DNA of 64,000 nucleotides, from the NCBI GenBank assembly GCA_963827165.1, contig CAWGZR010000006.1, positions 64,001-128,000 of the forward strand. Direction: 5' to 3'. Below the pieces are notes generated by a model. That model did not search any database. It was not told where the DNA came from and saw nothing but the letters and a program-made list of their open reading frames with translations. The translations under genes were made by a program, and so were the position numbers. How positions within the stretch are numbered: position 1 is the first letter of the stretch; the number at the start of each line of letters is the position of its first letter. This document shows positions 1 through 9,936 of this stretch, piece by piece. The stretch is from Candidatus Bathyarchaeota archaeon. GTDB taxonomy: Archaea; Thermoproteota; Bathyarchaeia; Bathyarchaeales; Bathycorpusculaceae.

Positions 1-1
1 C

Positions 2-529
2 CAGTACTGCAGACAAAATACTCTGCACTAATGCCTGACAGATCATTGTGTAGCTACTTAGCTTCATACGTTCGAAACCTGTAAAAACGCTTTGGGCTGC
101 GCCTGCGAATGCAGACGATAAAATTGTAATTGATATAAGTGCAATTAGAAAAGCAGTTTCGGGTTTTCCAAAGATAAAAGTCGCTACGAAACTTGCTGTC
201 AACAGTGATATTATTGTCAAAAGCAAACCGGTTCCTACCTCAAAGGTCATACCGGCTATAATTATTCCTCGCAGGTCACTCTCTCTGTTTTCGGCTCGGC
301 TTTGAGAGCAAAACTTGGTCATAGCTGCGCCTACGCCCCAATCTTGAAAAAGAAGAAAAGTCGAGATCGGAATTGCAGCGATGGTGTACAGACCGTAAGC
401 TGTCGGGAGTATAAAGAGACCAACAATTATCGTTCCAACTGCCAGAAAAATGGTTGAAAATGTTCGCCCTAGAAACAAATGAAAACTTCCAACTGCAGAA
501 GTGTGACCCATCTCTGCTGCCTTAGCCAT
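2..529 (-). CDS. Oligosaccharide flippase (Wzx/MOP family), runs off the window start
   Basis: Hand translation from ATG 529: MAKAAEMGHTSAVGSFHLFLGRTFSTIFLAVGTIIVGLFILPTAYGLYTIA...FQDWGVGAAMTKF...FTGFERMK; multi-TM with the YGLY and DxG motifs typical of flippase N-termini. Not in the ORF track (no stop inside the window). Confidence 0.85.
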   Translation of the reverse strand, partial: MAKAAEMGHTSAVGSFHLFLGRTFSTIFLAVGTIIVGLFILPTAYGLYTIAAIPISTFLLFQDWGVGAAMTKFCSQSRAENRESDLRGIIIAGMTFEVGTGLLLTIISLLTASFVATFIFGKPETAFLIALISITILSSAFAGAAQSVFTGFERMKLSSYTMICQALVQSILSAVL

Positions 530-1200
530 GTCACTTTCGCCCGTAATAATTCCCCCATTCAGATCCTAAGAGTTAACAGAAACCTTTAACATGTTTTTTG
601 TTAGTATACAAGCTTTCTGTACAAATTTTTCCAATTCCAGCACTGATTCCTCCAGCTTTATGCATAGAAATTCTTTGAAATACCCAAAGGCTAATCAATT
701 CAAATCTTTGATTAATTTGTTCTTTTTCTGAAGCGAATAAAGGTTATTTTTCTTAGATAAGCGGGTACTTTTACGAACCAATGTGAAACAAATTTTACGA
801 AAGCAAATAAAAGATAGTATTTTTGGGGCATGATAAGAAATATGAAGTTATGAGTGCAAGAATTAAATCTCAGATCGGCAAAATTAAGGTCATGAACGGA
901 CACTGTTAGATAAATATAATTTCTAATTAGAAACACAAGTCAAATCAGGGTAATGTTTGAAGGAAATTACTAAAGAAAACCGGAAAAAGTAAAAAAGAGA
1001 CTTCACACAAGTCAAAGTTTGATGCAGCAAGGGGAGTTGGTCGGAAACCCCAAATTTGTGCTTTCCCGGAGAAAACTTAAGTTGTCTAATCTAAAAAAAT
1101 TCACGAAAGCTTTTGGTACTTTAGTACTTGGAGTCCATTCTCGGTCCGCTTTTCCTTTGAAAGAACCTAGAGTTTTCAATACAAAAGGAGAAATCTTCTC

Positions 1201-2091
1201 ATTATTTCAATTTTAGTTTGTGTGTTTAACGACCAGAACCATATTCGAAAATGCGTTAGTTCAATTTTGAACCAAACGATGGAGAATTTTGAAATAATAA
1301 TAGTTGATGATGCTTCCACCGATAAAACATCCGAAGTAATTAGGAGTTTCAAAGATGCAAGGATACGCTACTACAGAAATGAAAAGAAAGTGGGAATTGC
1401 TCAAAGTAGAAACAGGTGTATTAAGTTAGCCGCAGGAGACATTCTGTTTTTCACTGACAGCGATTGCATTGTTTCGAAAGACGGGCTTAAAAAAGGCCTT
1501 TTGCCATTTGCCCACCAAAATTGCATTGGGACAGAAGGAAAAACTGTCTATGTTGCCCCGGGATACCAACCCACTTTTTCTTATAGAATTGTTGAGAACC
1601 ACGAACCAGGACATTACATGACATGCAATATAGCGTACAGACGAAACGTTTTTGAGACCATTGGGTACTTTGATGCGCGTTTTAACCGAAATAGCGACAG
1701 AGACTTCGGTTTTCGGGCAATAAAGTTAGGTAAAATATGTTTCAGTACAGATATGCTAGTTTTTCACCAGCAAAGCATTTTCACTCCCATGCAATTTGTG
1801 CGTTGGGGAAGGAATATAGAGAATTGGGTTTTGCTTTTCAAGTTACACAATGATACAAGTTTCTTTGGAGAAAACTGGAAACAAAGCAAAAAGTCTATTT
1901 TTGTACCTTTGGTTTTCCCAGAACGCTTAATCGGCATTTTTTTTCCACCTTTAATTTTGGTTAGTCTCGCTAGACATCGATTCAAGACTAAAACTGACTT
2001 TAATTTGATTCCGTATATTTATTTTCAAATAATCCACGAAAGATTACGATTATGGCAAATGTGCGCAAAACAAAGAGTCTTAATGATTTAG
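1201..2091 (+). CDS. GT2 family glycosyltransferase (start uncertain; track starts at GTG 1222)
   Basis: IIIVDDASTD, SRNRCI and FFTDSDC (DxD) motifs. The first beta-strand ISILVCVFND lies in frame upstream of 1222; AGGAG at 1186-1190. Confidence 0.9.
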   Translation: MISILVCVFNDQNHIRKCVSSILNQTMENFEIIIVDDASTDKTSEVIRSFKDARIRYYRNEKKVGIAQSRNRCIKLAAGDILFFTDSDCIVSKDGLKKGLLPFAHQNCIGTEGKTVYVAPGYQPTFSYRIVENHEPGHYMTCNIAYRRNVFETIGYFDARFNRNSDRDFGFRAIKLGKICFSTDMLVFHQQSIFTPMQFVRWGRNIENWVLLFKLHNDTSFFGENWKQSKKSIFVPLVFPERLIGIFFPPLILVSLARHRFKTKTDFNLIPYIYFQIIHERLRLWQMCAKQRVLMI

Positions 2092-2291
2092 TTCGAGTTC
2101 ATGTCGATTGTCTTTATCATTCAATACAAGTTTTTTGAAAACTCGCTTTGTTGGCTTCAAATGATTCCCAGATTTTAGGCATTTTAAGTGTGGCATATAC
2201 GCCGCAAAACAAATACTTCATTATAATGGATCGTTAAAATAACCATATTTGGATAACGGTATAATCACAATTCTGATTGATAAGCTATATC

Positions 2292-3254
2292 TCAATTAGG
2301 CGAATGTTCTTCGAAAAATTTTAGAAAGTGATCGTGAAGAAATCGGGGATGGTACCCAAATTCTGTGGCCCATTTAACACTGAATTTATAATAGTTTTCT
2401 ACATCGACAATTGCAGGGTGCAAGGTACTGTTCGCTTTTTTAAGAGGGGATGTAACAGTCAAAACATTGATTCTTTGAAGATATCTAAGATGTTTAAGCA
2501 ATAGTTCGAATTTATCAAATAAGCAAGATATTTCTGCAGGATTCCTTGCGGGAAGCTGAATGAGTTTTTCGGGATTAAGTTTGCCCCCATTAAATTTAGA
2601 GTAATAGATCAAGTCCCAATCAGACGTGTTAACAAGTTTACTAGGATGGATAGTTAACACCGATACCTTTCTTTTCATTATAAATTTTTGTAGGTGAAGG
2701 TGCTTACGGAAACCGCCTCGCCAGTCGTCAGGAAAAAGTGGATAAGGATAAAATGTTACATCTCGGTAAGCAATTAGATCTGAGGATAACTTGGCGGAAA
2801 AATCATAACTAATTCCAAAAGTTTTTAGGGCATCAAGATGTGGGGGACTCCAGCAGTAGCCAGGAGCCCTAAAAGAAACTATATGTTTCTTAGGGAAAAG
2901 AGCTTGTAAAGCATGTATCCCGCCTGCACCCTCAATCGCACCTGTCAAAGGATTAATGTGAGCAGTCTCCCGGATAAGTGATGTTTGATATGCCTCATCG
3001 TAACTGTTTAAATCAGTAAATTCAAATAACGTAGGATGAACAGAATGACTTGAAGTATGATAACCAATTTGATGCTCATTTAGAAGCTCCGTCGTTTTAG
3101 GGAAAATACTCAACAGCTCAGCCATATGCCCTGTTACGAAGAAAAGTGCTTGCAAATCATGCTTCTTCAAAAGTTCTAAGACACGATTCAAAGCCAGAAC
3201 TGAGTTTTCGCTGACGAAATCCTCCGTGTCGAAGGTTAAATAAAGACTATGCAT
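2292..3254 (-). CDS. Polysaccharide deacetylase (CE4/NodB-like)
   Basis: LTFDTED, FFVTG, IGYHTSSH, FRAPG and TIHP motifs. Confidence 0.85.
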   Translation of the reverse strand: MHSLYLTFDTEDFVSENSVLALNRVLELLKKHDLQALFFVTGHMAELLSIFPKTTELLNEHQIGYHTSSHSVHPTLFEFTDLNSYDEAYQTSLIRETAHINPLTGAIEGAGGIHALQALFPKKHIVSFRAPGYCWSPPHLDALKTFGISYDFSAKLSSDLIAYRDVTFYPYPLFPDDWRGGFRKHLHLQKFIMKRKVSVLTIHPSKLVNTSDWDLIYYSKFNGGKLNPEKLIQLPARNPAEISCLFDKFELLLKHLRYLQRINVLTVTSPLKKANSTLHPAIVDVENYYKFSVKWATEFGYHPRFLHDHFLKFFEEHSPN

Positions 3255-3308
3255 TGTTTTTCCTTCAAAAAGTCACGCCGAATATTCTAAAGGCCAATCA
3301 AGAAAATG

Positions 3309-4496
3309 CTAATTTCCGAAAGAATGATAGACATCATTTACTCTTGATGCGATCACACTGATATCATGTTCTTTAACGCTTTTCATTCCATTTGAAGCAA
3401 GAGTCTTTTGAAGTGTTCTGTCATTAAATAAATTAATTAACGAAGCAGCCAATTGCTCAGAGTTTCCCGGTTGCACTAAAAGACCATTCTCGCCATCGGA
3501 AATTAGTTCTTTCATGATTCCATATGCCGGGGCTACAACGGCTAGACCTGCGGCCCATGCTTCAAGGGTGGCGATATAGCCGCTTTTAGTTCCAATAAAA
3601 ACATCGCTACTCCACAGGAACCGCCTAACGTCGCTTTTCGCGCCAACCAACGAAACAGAATCACTAAGACTCAAATCTTTGACTAAATTGCTGACAGACT
3701 TATAAAGCGGACCATCCCCAACAATTTGAAGGCTTGCGGAAGGCACCTTTTCTTTAACTACTGCAAAAGCGCGGACAGGAGTTAATGGGTCCTTGCCGGC
3801 ATCAAGTCGACCAACCGTAATTGCTCTAGTCCCCAAATTATTTGCGGACGAAATCGGGCGATAAAAGGATTTCACCTTAATGAAATTAGGAAGTAGAATA
3901 GTTTTCTTACCTAGACCTAATTCTTCAATCAAATCTAATACATCTGTTGAAAAAGTTGTTATTGCACTAGCTTGTTTAAAAACCTGTAATATAACGGGAT
4001 TTCTAAGAGGCATCGCATAAGAATCGTTTGGATCAACTGAATCGCCATGAAGAGAAATTACTAAAGGTCTATGAAAATGTTGACTTAACAACATTGCGAG
4101 AACTGGAAAACGTGGCCTCCAAAGACCGTGAAGGTGAAAGACATCCACTTTATCCATTTCTGGAATTCGAATTGCTTCCTTGAGCAAGCTCTTTATGAGA
4201 AGATCATCTAAAATCTTGAACTCAGTATGGGTTATTTTTTGAGAAGCATTTCTTAAATAACTTGAGAAAGTTGGTCCCAATCTATGCAGTTCTATGCTAT
4301 TAATTCTTTGGCACTTTGGCAGCTTATATTTCATAGGAAAAGGAATATTAGATCGATCAGTAAGCATTAGAAAACTCAAACTCGAATCATGTTTTAATAG
4401 AAAATCAGACAAATTTAATACATATTTTTCCAAGCCGCCTGAACCGGTGGGAAAGAAGTTGTGCCAAAGATGACAGATTCGCATTATTTCAATCAC
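3309..4496 (-). CDS. GT4 family glycosyltransferase
   Basis: GGLE, HLHG, VGRLDAGKD, VGDGP, LEAWAAGLAVV, NGLLV. Confidence 0.92.
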   Translation of the reverse strand: MIEIMRICHLWHNFFPTGSGGLEKYVLNLSDFLLKHDSSLSFLMLTDRSNIPFPMKYKLPKCQRINSIELHRLGPTFSSYLRNASQKITHTEFKILDDLLIKSLLKEAIRIPEMDKVDVFHLHGLWRPRFPVLAMLLSQHFHRPLVISLHGDSVDPNDSYAMPLRNPVILQVFKQASAITTFSTDVLDLIEELGLGKKTILLPNFIKVKSFYRPISSANNLGTRAITVGRLDAGKDPLTPVRAFAVVKEKVPSASLQIVGDGPLYKSVSNLVKDLSLSDSVSLVGAKSDVRRFLWSSDVFIGTKSGYIATLEAWAAGLAVVAPAYGIMKELISDGENGLLVQPGNSEQLAASLINLFNDRTLQKTLASNGMKSVKEHDISVIASRVNDVYHSFGN

Positions 4497-4726
4497 TTTT
4501 CTACTTGTTCAAACTAAGTTTTCCTACTTATTAAGGCAATAGCATTTAGAATAATAATATCAATAAAATCTCAATAAACCGTCCAGCTTCTACACCAATT
4601 CAGAGGAGTCTGAGCTGTAGCTATTGCCGACAAACAAAATGGCTACTTAAGAGAAGAAACTCTTAATACTTTATCCTAAAAATATTTCCCTAAAACGAAA
4701 ACAACCGGGGAAAAAACAGTGATTTC

Positions 4727-5917
4727 CTAAGAACATGTTTCGATGACAGCCTCTAAAACTTTTTTCCTTTGTCCCTCAGCTAAAGACAGAACTTGTTCTC
4801 GGTTTTGCAAGCCCATTTCGGCCAATTTATCTTTGTTTAAGCTCAATAATTGACTCAATTTGGCTGCCAAGTCATGGGGATCAAGATAAGTATACTCATG
4901 TGGTAGCAAATCCCCACGCGAACCAAAATTGTCTGAGAGTACAACAAGCCCGGCCATAGCGTAGTCATATTTTCTTTCGTTTGTCCCACCTTTATGAACA
5001 CCCACATTTATACCGAGCCAAGATTTACTAAGAATTGTAAAATAATCTATTTTGGTTGAAACGTAGTCATAATGTTGAAGCTCAACATTTTTTGGGGTGC
5101 GTTGCGAGTCTATTCCAATCAGATTAACTTTTATTTTTTTATTAATAAAGGATAGCGCTCTGAAGATTTCTTCGATGGATCTATTGACGCTATCTCCCCA
5201 ATGAGCACGCAGGACAATGCTTATGCTTGGCTCCTGGTCCTTGTCCGCCGGCTTAAATTCTGCAATTGGATAAATATTAGGATAAAAAATCACTTTTTTT
5301 GCACCCATTTCTAAATATTTAAGCTGGTCTCTTTCGCTGCAAGCTACAACCAAATCGGATAAGGCAACCGCATCGCGTTCCAACTTGTACATTAGTGTTT
5401 TTGTTACAACGTTATTCCCGAAATTGAAATGATCGTAAGCAACATCTTGAGACACATAAACAATCGACCCAAATAGTTTAAGGCTTTTTAAATTGACAAT
5501 GTTTATGCTAACGAATTCATCTATTAAGAAAATTTTTGGAGAGTTTGTTTTTCTCAAGAAAGCCATCAAGAGATTTGTTCGAACAGGTTTATCAAAATAT
5601 TCTCCTAAAGCTTGAGAAAGACTAGACAAGAAGCCTTCAACGAACAAGACATTTGAGCGCTTTGTTCGCAAAAACCGCTTTATTAGTCCATCACGCACAC
5701 TCGCAGGACTTCGAACCAACATGAGAAAGTAATGAATAAAATTGCCGGAAGCAGAAGCGGCCAAAGCAACTTCTTGTTTTGACCATTTCTCTTCAAATCG
5801 AGAATCAGCGCGTCTATAAACATAAAAAAAATCTCCATTCGAATTCAGGTTAAAAGACTTAACTACGAAATCCATCTTTAATGAAAGTTTTCCGCCATCA
5901 TTAATGACAATTATCAC
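4727..5917 (-). CDS. Divergent GT-B/GT4-like glycosyltransferase
   Basis: SDLVVACSERD, PN and KYDYAMAGLVVLS resemble the GT4 C-terminal motif; glycan cluster context. Confidence 0.6.
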   Translation of the reverse strand: MIIVINDGGKLSLKMDFVVKSFNLNSNGDFFYVYRRADSRFEEKWSKQEVALAASASGNFIHYFLMLVRSPASVRDGLIKRFLRTKRSNVLFVEGFLSSLSQALGEYFDKPVRTNLLMAFLRKTNSPKIFLIDEFVSINIVNLKSLKLFGSIVYVSQDVAYDHFNFGNNVVTKTLMYKLERDAVALSDLVVACSERDQLKYLEMGAKKVIFYPNIYPIAEFKPADKDQEPSISIVLRAHWGDSVNRSIEEIFRALSFINKKIKVNLIGIDSQRTPKNVELQHYDYVSTKIDYFTILSKSWLGINVGVHKGGTNERKYDYAMAGLVVLSDNFGSRGDLLPHEYTYLDPHDLAAKLSQLLSLNKDKLAEMGLQNREQVLSLAEGQRKKVLEAVIETCS

Positions 5918-6164
5918 TTAAAATCAACCCCCAAAGACATGAAATAGCTATCACCGTTATCAGGCTTACTAAGTCTAAACAACCAAGCAATCATTTGTTT
6001 TATTCTACCAAACACATGTCTAAATTGAGCAGCATTTAATGTACCAAAAATCTTGAGTATTTCTTCAAAGACTGCAAGAATCAACTAAAGAGCATATTCG
6101 GTTTTGTAATCATCGAAACCACTTTAATTTTTGCCGCAGTTAATGTGATGCCGACTTTTGTATG

Positions 6165-7031
6165 TTAAATTACGAAAACTCGCTCTTTTATGCACATTTT
6201 CCATAATTGCAAACGTTCAGAAATCGCAAAAACATAGGTAAAAGGCACCAATTTGTAGTCATCAGAGCTTTCAAATTTGTTATTAAAGAGACTTGCAAAA
6301 ACTGCAGGCGGACAAAGTATTTTGAACAAGTCAAACGGAAAAGCAATGCGGCCCGCAATGCATTCTTTGTCGTTATACTTCTTGAATAAGCGCACTCTGT
6401 ATTTTGAGTGGGAAGCTGACTCAACGAACTTTTTTGGCGTTTGAGTTACTCGAGGGTGATATGCGATCATTTCTGGACTGAAACAAATTTCGCCCAAACG
6501 CATGATTTTAAAGGCAATGTCCCTATCTTCAAAATAACGCAGTTCTTCATCAAAACCGCCAACTGCTTGGATAACCTTCTTTTTGTAAGCAATGCTACCA
6601 GTCATGAATTTGTTTCCGTGCTTGTTCTCCATAACGTAATCTGAAAATGTTGGCTGATAATCTCTTGCCACATAATAAATTGCTCCTTCTACTGCAACGC
6701 AACTATTGTTCTTGAAATACTTCATTCCTTCTTCAATCCAATTTTCAGATATGGTACAATCGCCGTCGGTGAAAAAGATATACTCTCCTGATGCTTTTTT
6801 CAGTCCTTTGTTCCTGCTTGCGGATATACCGAGCCTTTTTTCGTTCCTAAAATATTTTATTCTCCTATCATTAAATGCGTCAACTATATTCGCAGTATTA
6901 TCGCTGCTTTGATCGTCAATTATTATAAGCTCAAATTCAGAAAAGGATTGACATAGGATCGAATTGATGCATGCCTTTACGTAGTTTTCCTCGTTCCTGA
7001 CACATATGACGACGCTAACGCCTTCGTTCAT
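6165..7031 (-). CDS. GT2 family glycosyltransferase, paralog of 1201..2091
   Basis: VSVVICVRNEE, IIDDQSSD, FFTDGDC, GGFDE, EDRD; ATG 7031 preferred over the track start. Confidence 0.92.
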   Translation of the reverse strand: MNEGVSVVICVRNEENYVKACINSILCQSFSEFELIIIDDQSSDNTANIVDAFNDRRIKYFRNEKRLGISASRNKGLKKASGEYIFFTDGDCTISENWIEEGMKYFKNNSCVAVEGAIYYVARDYQPTFSDYVMENKHGNKFMTGSIAYKKKVIQAVGGFDEELRYFEDRDIAFKIMRLGEICFSPEMIAYHPRVTQTPKKFVESASHSKYRVRLFKKYNDKECIAGRIAFPFDLFKILCPPAVFASLFNNKFESSDDYKLVPFTYVFAISERLQLWKMCIKERVFVI

Positions 7032-7539
7032 TTTTTTCAACCAACCTTTAAGCAAACTTAACTTATTACATTTACTGACGCTAACTTCATGTCATTAATC
7101 AAGTTCAAATATGTTTAGCAGCTACTTGAAATAGTGGAAATAGACCGCAAAAACTAAAACACTCTCGCAGAAAAGCAAATAGCCAGTTTTCGCTAAAATA
7201 ACAGCATCTGCCGCAAACCGGGCAAAACTAGAGCAAAAAACAAAAACAAATTAACCCTACCTTTATGCATACGCAGAAACCACAAGTCTTATCAAGAATT
7301 CTTTGAAAACGCATAGTTAAACAATAAAACGTCAAAGAAAAGAAAGAGGCACAACATTTTGGGACTTGATATTGTTTTATCCAAAACCGGCTAAACTCAC
7401 AAGATACTCATTTCGATTTGTCCAAGGGGGATGGAACGCCTAGTATTCGACTTCACCGCTTATTTTCAAAGCTGACAGTATTCACTTTTGTGTTTTTCGA
7501 TTAGAGTCAGAGAGCATGCGCTTGCTATGGATATGATTT

Positions 7540-7626
7540 AACTTCGCAAAGCTTGTCAAGTTGACTTCGCAAGGTTTCGCTAAAGTTGACAAGTCACGTC
7601 AATGAGTTTTTCAAAAACCTATAAAA
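7540..7626 (+). promoter_or_regulatory. Phased operator-like repeats followed by a BRE/TATA-like element
   Basis: Six 8-mers (cttcgcaa, cttgtcaa, cttcgcaa, tttcgcta, gttgacaa, cacgtcaa) ending at 7549, 7559, 7572, 7582, 7592 and 7602; aaaacctataaaa at 7614-7626. Confidence 0.5.
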
Positions 7627-7673
7627 CAGATTCAAGGAATATGACGTTTCAAAAGCTAAGAAGAGAGAGGAAA

Positions 7674-9389
7674 ATGAAAACACATAACATAGGGAAAAAA
7701 GTTCAGCTAATAAACCTTAGAAAATTGGCGAAACCAGCCGCTCTTTGTATCAGCGCACTTTTCCTTATAAGCATACTATCAGCTTTTGCCTTTGGTGCAG
7801 GCCAAGGTGCATCAGCATCAACTACCATGTTTGGGAATACAGCAGTTGGATCAGTTAACAATTATTTTGGCACCGATAAAGACGCAAGCAGATTCCAACT
7901 AACCCAAAGCGGCCAAGTCCAAAGCATATCAACCTACTTCACCACAACAGGCTTTAGCGCCAAAGCAGCAATATACACAGACAACAACGGCGCACCAAAC
8001 ACCCTAATAGCCCAAAGCAGCAGCCAAACAGTCACCACAACAGGATGGAACACATTCACCCTCCCACAAAGCACCCTCACCACAGGATACTACTGGCTAT
8101 GCATAATCTCAAGCAGCTCATCAGCAACAGGAACAATGAGCTCCACAACCGCAAACACACACGCATGGAAAACAACCACCTACTCAAACGAGTATACATC
8201 AACTTTTGGAACCCCAACCGGATACGAACAAACCACCACAAGCATATACGCCACCTACACACCCACAACGACCACTACTACCGCCCCAACACTTACAACC
8301 ATGTTTGGGAATACAGCAGTTGGATCAGTTAACAATTATTTTGGCACCGATAAAGACGCAAGCAGATTCCAACTAACCCAAAGCGGCCAAGTCCAAAGCA
8401 TATCAACCTACTTCACCACAACAGGCTTTAGCGCCAAAGCAGCAATATACACAGACAACAACGGCGCACCAAACACCCTAATAGCCCAAAGCAGCAGCCA
8501 AACAGTCACCACAACAGGATGGAACACATTCACCCTCCCACAAAGCACCCTCACCACAGGATACTACTGGCTATGCATAATCTCAAGCAGCTCATCAGCA
8601 ACAGGAACAATGAGCTCCACAACCGCAAACACACACGCATGGAAAACAACCACCTACTCAAACGAGTATACATCAACTTTTGGAACCCCAACCGGATACG
8701 AACAAACCACCACAAGCATATACGCCACCTACACACCCACAACGACCACTACTACCGCCCCAACACCAGCGCCAACACAAACACCAGCACCAAGTTCACC
8801 TACTAGCGGGAACAGTCTAATTCCAATTAATGATGGGGACTGGTATACTGATTCGCAGTGGCTTCAGTGCCCGGCACTCAATGTCCAACTTGACACAACC
8901 GATACTTGTGGAGGCTCTCCCAGCTGGGAAATTACTGGAAATGCAGTTAACCTCGGAGCTGACTATGGAGGTCTAGGCGTTGCGCCAGGTGACCAAATCG
9001 TTTTTAGTTGTTGGATTAAGACTTCCGCTGCTACCCTTGGAGCTGACGTAGGTAATCCTCAAGCGGGGGGAGAAATCGGCATAGACATGTATGGGGCTAA
9101 GGGAGTAATATGTGGTCTTGTTACTCCGAATGGCGTTGGTAGTTCTACGAACACGGTTAACAACTATGTTACATTTGGAACTAACACATGGAAACAAGTC
9201 ACTATGAGCTTTACAATCCCATCTACCTATCAAGTCGAAGCTGGTTATGGTAATGCTTATCCAGCAGGTCAATCTGTAACTCCGACGTCAATTATTCCTT
9301 GGTTGATGGTTTGGAGTGATACGCAAGGCTCAAATGAACATGGAACAGTATGGTTCGCCGATACACAATTGACCATAACTGCACCATAA
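7674..9389 (+). CDS. Secreted Thr/Ser-rich surface protein: two identical beta-sandwich modules (DUF4082/choice-of-anchor-R-like), PT linker, C-terminal CBM-like domain
   Basis: Basic N-region plus hydrophobic signal (LCISALFLISILSAFAFG); repeated FGNTAVGS...SIYATYT module; linker APTPAPTQTPAP; no C-terminal TM. Domain names by resemblance only. Confidence 0.8.
   Translation: MKTHNIGKKVQLINLRKLAKPAALCISALFLISILSAFAFGAGQGASASTTMFGNTAVGSVNNYFGTDKDASRFQLTQSGQVQSISTYFTTTGFSAKAAIYTDNNGAPNTLIAQSSSQTVTTTGWNTFTLPQSTLTTGYYWLCIISSSSSATGTMSSTTANTHAWKTTTYSNEYTSTFGTPTGYEQTTTSIYATYTPTTTTTTAPTLTTMFGNTAVGSVNNYFGTDKDASRFQLTQSGQVQSISTYFTTTGFSAKAAIYTDNNGAPNTLIAQSSSQTVTTTGWNTFTLPQSTLTTGYYWLCIISSSSSATGTMSSTTANTHAWKTTTYSNEYTSTFGTPTGYEQTTTSIYATYTPTTTTTTAPTPAPTQTPAPSSPTSGNSLIPINDGDWYTDSQWLQCPALNVQLDTTDTCGGSPSWEITGNAVNLGADYGGLGVAPGDQIVFSCWIKTSAATLGADVGNPQAGGEIGIDMYGAKGVICGLVTPNGVGSSTNTVNNYVTFGTNTWKQVTMSFTIPSTYQVEAGYGNAYPAGQSVTPTSIIPWLMVWSDTQGSNEHGTVWFADTQLTITAP
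7824..8766 (+). repeat. In-frame tandem duplication, 2 x 469 bp (7824-8292 and 8298-8766), period 474
   Basis: Copies read as identical; the shadow ORFs 8077..8268 and 8551..8742 have identical translations 474 bp apart. Confidence 0.97.
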
Positions 9390-9399
9390 ACAAAAATAA

Positions 9400-9437
9400 A
9401 ACGGACCCCTGACGGGCCCGTTCAAACCTGTTTTTTT
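9400..9437 (+). terminator. Hairpin plus T-tract after the surface protein gene
   Basis: aacggaccc-ctgac-gggcccgtt (one mismatch) followed by caaacctgttttttt. Confidence 0.55.
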
Positions 9438-9936
9438 AAATAACCGAACACTCGTGGTACTTGTCAGATAGTCTTTAAAAAGAAATTCTACATGTGAAAC
9501 TTTCGTTCATTTCAACGAGAAAACTCAAGTTAATATTCGGGGATAAAAATTAAGTTGTTGCTCAGCTCAAATTCACGAAGTAAAGGTTACGAAAAACGAA
9601 GTTTGGGAATAACGCCGGTTCTGGTCTTTTTCAGCTACTTGCCTAAGTCTCGGTTAGTTAAACTGCTGAGCATATGATGAAAATCGCCTTCACAAGCATT
9701 TCTAAATAAAGATGGAGAAAGGAAAAACAGACAACTAATCATTCTTCAAGGATGACTGCTCAAAAGCCGACCACCTAAATAATATTCTTTTCGGAAACAA
9801 GCAAAGTTGAAACGTATTCCTCGCACTCTTCAATAACTTTTTTGAATGCTTATGCCCAACAACTGGACGGACTTCAACTTTTGCGAAATAACCGTATATT
9901 AATTAAGAAACGTCTGATTAAATAAAATGCTTCAAA

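Noticed and set aside
8045-8806. Two His-rich 95-aa ORFs (8045..8332, 8519..8806) and their antisense partners
   Set aside because: Off-frame products of the A/C-only codon usage, which removes stops; they lie inside the real gene.
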